A stretch of DNA of 57,901 bases, counting the filler, from Sphacelaria rigidula (taxonomy: Eukaryota), in NCBI GenBank assembly GCA_964200075.2. It is 7 parts of 7 records of this genome, joined end to end, with 100 filler letters (N's around TTAATTAATTAA, not from the genome) between each part and the next. Parts side by side here need not be neighbours in the genome. Positions count along the whole stretch, not along the records: positions 49,717 to 57,901 come from CAXNAA020011987.1; 6 more parts are not named here. One strand, given 5' to 3'. Made by a program: the position numbers and the translations under genes. The notes under the pieces are model-generated. The model was not told the DNA's origin. It worked only from the letters and a program-made list of their open reading frames with translations, and searched no databases. This document shows, piece by piece, positions 50,263 to 57,901 of the stretch (positions are counted from its first letter, which is position 1; each line of letters opens with the position of its first letter).

Positions 50263-50404
50263 GTGTGTGTGTTTGGTCATCCCATCCTCCTGTGTGACCC
50301 CGGCTGGTGCGCCCACACATACCGAAAGGTGTAGACCGGCATCCAAAAGGAAATGGGACGACAGCACACACACATCCATTCTGGGCACCGGTCGACACCT
50401 TTCT
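50263..50404 (+). mobile_element. 5'-truncated and rearranged copy of the SINE 3' end
   Basis: ctgtgtgaccccggctggtgcgcccaca.ataccgaaaggtgtagaccggc...atgggacgaca.cacacac, flanked on both sides by short inverted fragments of the same tail. Confidence 0.8.
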
Positions 50405-53066
50405 GTAAATGCGGGCGTAGAACCAACAAGTTGCTTCGCTGTGTGCTACAGTGGCTTTTTCGCGGTGTACGCATACTGCAGATGCAGGAAGGAAGTGCTG
50501 CGGTAGGGCGAACGCACGCCGTCCAATTCGATCTCGCATCTCGCTTCTGCTACATGCGGTGGCGTCGTTTCTGCTCTTGTACACACTACGAGGAGTAAGC
50601 CCCAGACTACCCAATCGATTCTGCCTTGTCCATGACAACTACGCACCACCTTGTCCTGCCAAGATCAAATTATCGAGACCAGAGTATTTCATGAATAGGC
50701 ACAGTAACTGCTGTTCATGTCCATGGCTAAAAAGGCGCTCCCTTGTGGTATATGTTCATGAAACTAGAACTTGCGCTATAGTAGTCCATCTACCATCTAC
50801 TTCGGAGTATTTTACATCTGTGCAACGCCAGTGAACGGTATTGAGCTGCTGATCTCGAATGACGTGGACCCGAGGCTGCTTTGTAATATCGGCAACATTG
50901 CGAATGACCGCGGCTATCGCGAAGTTGAATAATAGTCGTGGCTGATTCAAAAACCGCGTTCAAGCTGGGCATACACATCATGAGTACAAAATACGTACCA
51001 AACTAATTGAGCACGATGTTTCAGTCAAGACCCAAACGTAAGCAAGATACCAAAGTAGTACCAATGGATCGAAATCAAATCCTCACGCACACGAGCAGGT
51101 CAAACCGGGCGACAGACGCTCCTTCCATAGAGAGGCCCTTTGGGATGCTGTGGTGCGGGCAGAGCCGGCGTAGAGTTGTCGCTATGGACCCGGGTCCGAT
51201 AAGGCGTTGGCATGATAGATCCATCCACCTCGTGTGGCCGATCCGAATGCTTAGTTTAAATATGACTACGATGAAAAGGTTTCGGGATTGTACATAGTGG
51301 GGTGTATGTTTCGGATATTTGAACAGTGATGTGCTGAAAATCTGCCTTTTTATTGGTACAATGGGAGCTTTTTACCTTCATGAGTGCATCTATACTGAAA
51401 TCCTCACGATTTTCATTAAACTCAGATTTCATCTTAGTTTGAACACTGCCGAAAATACCCGCAATTCCGGCACCCATGCAATTTGTTTGTGAGAAGATAT
51501 AGATCTGGCTCCAAGCTTTACTCTGCTTGCACAAGTGTATACTGTACTCGGGTGCGGGAGGTGGGGATGGGGATGAGGAGTCAATGTGTTGTACTCTCAT
51601 AATGACATCAGCAGAGATGGGATTTTCCACAGGGCTGTGTGCAGGTTGTGCTGTCTCAAGCTCCCAGCAGAAACATAGAAATATGGCTTTATGTATCCCG
51701 GAGTGAGTGGGGACGAGCATTCTTCATACAAGACCCGTCACGATCGGGCTTCAAGCCAACACTAAATTTGAAGAGACAAAACATCATGTTTGGTAATGAG
51801 TTCATCACAATAGTTATAAAAGCTGGAATGCCGGTGGTCCGGGCTTGGTCATCATTTCACTACAGCAACGTCAAAGTCTGTAATGATGCCGTCTTTGCTC
51901 ATCACAAGAGCACTGACCGTAACCCCGAAGAGCTGTATAAATGCATATTCACAGCGTAGTCAGTGGCCCCTGTATGCTGGATGTGGGTGGAGACGTGTAT
52001 TCTTCCTACATCCCCCACCGCCGATGAGTAACCATGTTCAGTTCAATGCGAGAGGTCGACACACATAGACCGAGCGTTTCACGCGAGGCTGTGGGTAGTC
52101 GTTCCCAATTGAAATTTGAAGAGGTACAAGATGCTTGGCGGCCTCATTACAAAAACACTAATAGCTGCATGATGGCTGTTACTAGTCACTGCCAAGTAAT
52201 GCAGCGCCAATGAACGATATTGGCATGCTATTCTCCATGAGGGTAGTTGAGTCAGTGTCAGAACTCGACGCACGCTTTGTAGAGGCACATGATACTCGGC
52301 GACCTCATCACATCAATAATATCAACACTAGCTGTCACGCATATCCACCGCGTGGTCGGTAGCCTACCCACGTATGCTGGAGGTGGGCACGATACGCGTT
52401 TTGAAAAGGCACATGAAGTCGGTAATCCGTGCACGGTATGCTGGAGGTAGGAGGGAACGTGCATTTTTCAAAGAACACTCCACACCAGTTCGGCTTCTTC
52501 AGTCAAATGTGAGAGGCTGACACACACGCCACCCCTGGTTGTGGGGTTCGGTCCAGGTCGAGCGTTTGCGCCATGGCTGTTGGTAGCCGTCGCAGCACAG
52601 GGGTCAAACGCCAGGGGTAAGAAAGGGAAAAAATGAAAAAAAAACGTCCAGGGTCAGCCGCGAGACGTTAGTAGGCCGGACAGACAAACAGAAAGACAGA
52701 CAGGCACATTTTCTTCTTCCGAAATAGGGACTTCAGTGTACCACTGGAGAGGTGTATTGCCGTTCTTTGTGTCTACCGCTCAATCGCGTACCACTCTGGC
52801 CGATACAAAATCAGAGGCATATCGAATCGAGATCGACCATCGTACGTGCGTATCCTTTTTTGTTTGTTTGCAAATATCCACGAAAAATCGGTGTAGTTTT
52901 CTTTTATTGATTCCTCTGAAATATCGATCGAACCGAATTTCCGTCTGTTTCTTCAACACGGCCCCGAAGATCAACATAGGAGCACAATTTCCAAAAAATG
53001 TTACTCTTCTACTATCGTGAAGCAAGGCCTCAAAAGTGGCTATTTTCAGTCAACATTATCTCCTCC

Positions 53067-53106
<40 letters not shown>

Positions 53107-55092
53107 CCCCCCCGGCGCGCCTCCCTCCGGGCGGGGGCGGGGGGGGGGAGAGGGGGGGGGACGCGGGGNNNNNNNNNNGCCCAATTTCCAAAAAATGTTC
53201 CCCTCCTACTATCGGGAAGCAAGGCCCCAAAAGTGGCTTTTTTCAGTCAACATTTTCCCCCCCCCCCCCCCCCCCCCCCTTCCCTTCCTGCGCGCCAACA
53301 GTGGGCCTGTGCGATGGCTTCAAACCCAGATTACGACAGCATGTATCCGCAGAAAAAGAACAGTATTTTTCGACGGGTGACTTCTCCCGCATATAGCACA
53401 ACAGACGCCCAATTCTGCCGTTTCATCGCTTAGGGAAAGTCGGACCGTCCGAGATGTTGGCTCAGGGTAACATTGTTCTGCAGTCTGACTTTTTGTTGTG
53501 TGTGCTCTTGCTCTTTTTTGAAGGCGCTGAAAACTGTCGGCCCCGGACACCCCCCAGCCATCCACATCCGAGAGCGGTCGCTTGAAGTGGGTTTGTGGAC
53601 AATGGCATGGGAATCGGAACGCGCGTGTCATTGCCGAGGGGAAAAAACAAGCATACACTTGTCGCACGAAAAAAAATATCGATCGGTAATGACTTTTGCC
53701 GAAACATGACCGAGATGAAAGTTTACATCGGAGTATTATTATAGAAGCGTTCTCATATATATATATATATATATATACATGTAGTTTTCGGGGTCAAAAC
53801 TGCCGAGAAAAAACGAGCCTAGTACTCGTCGCACGAACCGAAGTCCGGGCATTGGCTTACTTATATTTACAGGACATACCACTGCAGGTACTGTATGGTG
53901 ATTCATTCTTGAGGTCGTTTTCATTTGACGGTTGCTATGTCAAACGGGTATCATATTTGCGTATCATTCTTCTTTCCCTCGTCGGGGGGTCGGCATATCG
54001 TTCTTCTTTCAAACTCAACGCTCGCGCCATGAAAACACCCGCGTGCGATCCCATCCCCAGGCATCCCCCAAGTCACCTTCATCCCAGAGCGCCTGTGAAA
54101 AATCAGAGCTATTTCCGGGCAACAGTGTTACATGGAGCGTGATAGCTCGGCCAAGAAAACAAACGCTACAGTACACTAACCTTAGGTTCATGACAAAGAA
54201 AAAAAGGGTTGGGGCCCGCAAGCGAGAAGGCTGTTGGATTTTTGTTGTATTTCAGGGGGGGTTTTGGTTCGCCACCGGAAAAATTGACCGTGCCCATGGA
54301 CGAAACTGCAGGATTTTTTATAGGCATAGCGCGAAAGCGCTGGTGAGTCCTAGCTTCAGCCATTCCCCAGGAACCTACCAACGTCTCAGAGCGCTTGTGC
54401 GTACTGGAGTTGTGGGCATTGGTGCTGTATTAAGCGCGGGGGGCGTGTCGACGATGTTTCCTTTTTGTGGCAACGCCACACGATTTGTTGCCAACGCGGG
54501 GTTTTTTTTCCGGACGGAGTAAAGTACGGCACACCATACTACACCACACCACAGGCAGTTAGTTAGTTCCGAGCAGTCTTCTGTAGGTGGCATGTTTAAC
54601 AAAAGTTCAAATCAAGAAAGACGTTATGTGATTGATCACGATCATTCTAATGTATTCTCCTTCTGACTCATCGAACGCGGATGAAGACACAGCAAGCCAA
54701 GAACCCTAGTCGTAGCAGTATTTGCTGCACACGCTCAAGTATCTGCCGCGAACGCCCAATTTTCCGCCTGGTAGCGCAAATTTAACTCCCGATCGCTCTC
54801 CTTTCCTTCTTCCTTCAGGCAGTCAGTTGTAGTTACCATGGGTACGTGTATCATCTTGCGATCAAGGTTAGATTCGTAGCGGAGCAGTTTATATGTGACA
54901 ACAATGTCAAATCAACCAAGCAATCAGTATCAACACATCAACCACAGAATAATTACTAGGGTAAGAAAACCCTTGAAACTAACCCCTCGGCGCCCCACCC
55001 ACTCAACCGCCTCGGGCGGGCTACTCTCCCGAGAGTTTTTTTCCATGGTCAATCGGCATTTTGTCACGTGTCACTTCCGTCATTTCCCACAC

Positions 55093-55225
55093 CTCACAAA
55101 CCCCGCAGACGCGCACAGACTCAGCGACAGCGGGCTTGAGAAGGATCCCAGCTGCAGCAACGCAAGCGGAATGTGCGTTTGTGCTTCGAAGCTGCCCTTG
55201 GCGAACTTCGCGTCTCCGAGCAGCC
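55093..55225 (-). CDS. SAM50: SAM50/Omp85-family beta-barrel exon
   Basis: Acceptor tcggtcag|GG and donor AG|gtgtgg. Phase 1 fits the upstream exon. Encodes (G)LLGDAKFAKGSFEAQTHIPLALLQLGSFSSPLSLSLCASAGFV. Not in the ORF track. Confidence 0.75.
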
Positions 55226-56105
55226 CTGACCGAACCGACAGGATTCGTTAACAGTCGTGACGACAAAACGATTGTTACGTTGAGACAGACGCGCGACATG
55301 AATGGCTGGGGGAAGGGGGGGTCTGCTCCATGCCACTTTTGTTTCAAACTTCGAAACCTGTGACGGCCGGGTCGAGCTCATCTGTTGGGTTCGTACAATT
55401 TGTACTCCAAGAAACGAAATGTAGAACCCAGATGACTATGCCTTGCAGTCATGGGGCTACCCGGTACAGCAATGCACATGCTTGAATCACAACCGTGGGC
55501 TTCCCTCATCTCACAAGAGCCATGCAGTGGGAGGGCACCGTTCAAGAAAGGGGTGTGCCGAGCCATTTAGACCTCTCTCAGACATGACCTTTTTTCGTTT
55601 CGTTTCAAGAGAGATTTTCTGGTAAACCGAGCACTCGGTTTATCAGAAAAACATCTCTTGAATTAAAACTATGCTCGGTTTACCAGAGGATCTGTCCTAA
55701 AACGATATATCTTGGTTCTAGACTGGGTGAAATCAAGATATCCGGAAGGTACGCTTGCGTCGTGGCGCCTCATTGAATTTTTGGCATAACGTTTTCAATT
55801 ATTTTGCGGCGCGATACAAGACGCATACCCGGCACGATTCCTACTCTTTGTGATGTGGAAGAGAACCACTGCTGTATTCCGTGGTCTAGCAGCTATCCCA
55901 ACGTCTGAGCATAGCGGCCAAGACAACACGAGAGAGAGTACAAAGGTACCGCTGTACAGCTGAATGATGAAGAAACACAGAAAACCGCATGTAAGTGCAG
56001 CGCAGAGGCGGATTGAATCCAACAAGGATGCGACCCAAACTTACCAGTAAAAATCAGGAAGCTACATCCCTGCTGCGGTACCCGGCAGCAGACATGGAAG
56101 ACTGC

Positions 56106-56305
56106 AAGGGCAGGTCGAGTAGAGTATAGTCACTTGCGGGGTATTTTCAAAGTCGTACTCCAAGTACTGAAATTGGGATATGGTGTTCGGAATCGTACCT
56201 CAAAAATAACTGGGAAGCGATCTCTAACACCCTACCCCAATTTGTGTACTTCAAGTACGTCTTTCAAAATACCCCGCAATGGAGTATACTACTCGACCTG
56301 CCCCT
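56106..56305. mobile_element. 200-bp foldback MITE with 10-bp TSD (Mutator-like), in a SAM50 intron
   Basis: GGGCAGGTCGAGTAG..TATA..TTGCGGGGTATTTT is mirrored at the right end. GGAAGACTGC occurs at 56096-56105 and 56306-56315. Confidence 0.85.
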
Positions 56306-56690
56306 GGAAGACTGCGTTTGCCGGCAGCTCCTGCAACTTTATACGAAGTCTGCCATGCCAGTTTGCTTCGTTTGCTTCACCTAAACTCGTGCTGCAACGT
56401 ACCCGCTGCGCAAGGCATCGTGATGCAGCCAGTGAAGCTGTGAGCTGTTCATCAACTACTATACTGCTGTACGACGACAGACTGCTGCACTGATTGTTAA
56501 CAGCGTTCTAAAAGAGCGGGGGGATGACGGGTAGGTGCGGGTTAAGAGAAACGAGGTTCGGCTTCAGGGAGTGGTGTGCCAAGCCATTTAGACCTCCCCT
56601 GAACCGGCAACTCTCTTGGCCCCTTCCGCTCTTGTCAGACTCGCTGTACAGTAGCAGCAAAGCAAGCCAGCACACAACTCACGCACTCAC

Positions 56691-56979
56691 CCGCCCCCTC
56701 TGCGGTCGTCTGAAAATAACTCCCCATGGTGGGCAAGAACGCGTCGTCCCGCCGATCTTCCGTGTAGGTGTACGTCAAGCTGCTCTTCACCGAGGGCCGT
56801 GCGTCGCCGACCACCGCAAGAGAGGCGGCGCTTGCGTACGGCACGACGGGATGTCTCATAGGCAACACGTCTCGGGAGGCTAGCTCTATTGCCACGGCGT
56901 GCGCTCGGTCAAAGGTGCGCGCAGAGGCAACAACCGCCCGACGCATCTCCATCAGCGAGCAGTAGCGATTGAGGTCGAT
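56691..56979 (-). CDS. SAM50: SAM50/Omp85-family (mitochondrial sorting and assembly machinery) exon
   Basis: Acceptor cacattcag|ATC and donor |gtgagt. ...ASLAVVGDARPSVKSSLTYTYTEDRRDDAFLPTMGSYFQTTAEGA resembles the SAM50 S-x-KSS...D-x-R-x-x-x-x-LP-x-x-G...E-x-AG-x-x-GD motif. Confidence 0.78.
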
Positions 56980-57901
56980 CTGAATGTGCACATGCGCATC
57001 ACATGATACGGTGTGAGATACACGTGTTAGCTTCAACTCTTTTCACGAGTGAGGGGGGGAAGGGTAATGGCCTCTTCTCCGTCGGCGAATTGCGCTTCTC
57101 CTGAGTTCCCAGTGTGAATCGTCTCATTATGTCGATTCTAGTATGGGCGAATACATATTTTCTAGTTTTGTTGGTGCACAAGTGGGAAAGACCAGGGGAG
57201 AGCCAGAGGAGGGTGTACTCATATGATCTTGCATGATGACGTAGTCATAAATCGTTGATCTCGCATCCGTACAAAGCCGGGAAGGAAGGGGGTGGGTGGG
57301 GGAGGGACGTCGTGTTTTCAAAGCATGCAACCGGACCAAATTCTCGAACACTGCTGGATGATATTTGCGTTCATCCGCAACCTTGCAGCACGGATGCTGT
57401 TGGAACCGCGGTACAGCCCAGCGACTAGTGATACCCTTGAATCACGTCACAGGGGAGAAGGTGCACGCGCGTGAGAGAACAATACCGTGTTGCCATCTAT
57501 CCCTATCTACTGTACCGCATACGGCAACCCACACGGGACATGGCGAATAGTAAAACCGGCGTATTCTCTGACCGGCTGCGTCGCGTCTTGAGAGCGGGGA
57601 TATACCGTCAGTTGGTATAGTCATCATCCTCGCGCTACTACGGCTAACCGATTGTCCCGCGTGGCTGTATCGAGCATCGGGGTTATCGAACTGTTTCCGG
57701 ATTCGTTGATCGGTTTGTGCTGTACTTGTGCTGTGGGTGGAGGTACTCGTAACTGTGATGTGGTACAGGAAAGGTGGGATAAATAGCGGCGGCAATAGAC
57801 CGGCACAGAGGGATGCATCGAGAGGGGGGGGGGGCGTACTCATTTGTTGCTTGCCTTAGTGGTGGGGCCATTGCCCCCCCATCCCTTTTGGACCGGGGCC
57901 C

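Noticed and set aside
51256..51720. Macro-domain-like NCMGAGIAG motif in a 154-aa ORF
   Set aside because: It is a single short motif with no supporting flanking pattern or splice evidence.
52980..53280. About 90-bp tandem duplication around a 10-N gap
   Set aside because: The second copy differs mainly by substitutions that extend homopolymers next to poly-C. This is likely a scaffolding overlap or low-quality read artefact.

Overview
This is eukaryotic, intron-rich, repeat-rich DNA, most likely from a brown alga (Phaeophyceae). That assignment is inferred from intron style, gene families and repeat types. The window is not one locus. It is seven unrelated contigs (8188, 8187, 8186, 8185, 8185, 8185 and 8185 bp) sorted by length and joined by an artificial 100-bp spacer (N44-TTAATTAATTAA-N44). 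Recognisable gene fragments, all partial and spliced: a CABIN1/HIR3-like histone chaperone subunit (contig 1, +), a VTI1-type SNARE exon (contig 2, -), an MFS transporter (contig 5, -), a YHYH-domain protein (contig 6, +) and SAM50/Omp85 (contig 7, -). The rest is mostly mobile DNA: a tRNA-derived SINE, a decayed copia fragment and several MITE families. The MITEs include TTAA/piggyBac-like tandem arrays, TA/mariner-like elements, a Mutator-like element with a 10-bp TSD, and a family with ATGCTACG TIRs that seems to prefer a palindromic target. Contig 4 holds decayed, intronless coding-like DNA of unknown origin (viral or large TE), interrupted by a MITE whose removal restores the reading frame. 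I find no CRISPR, no operon and no demonstrable novel multi-gene system. The best leads are the apparently target-specific TIR family and the contig 4 relic.
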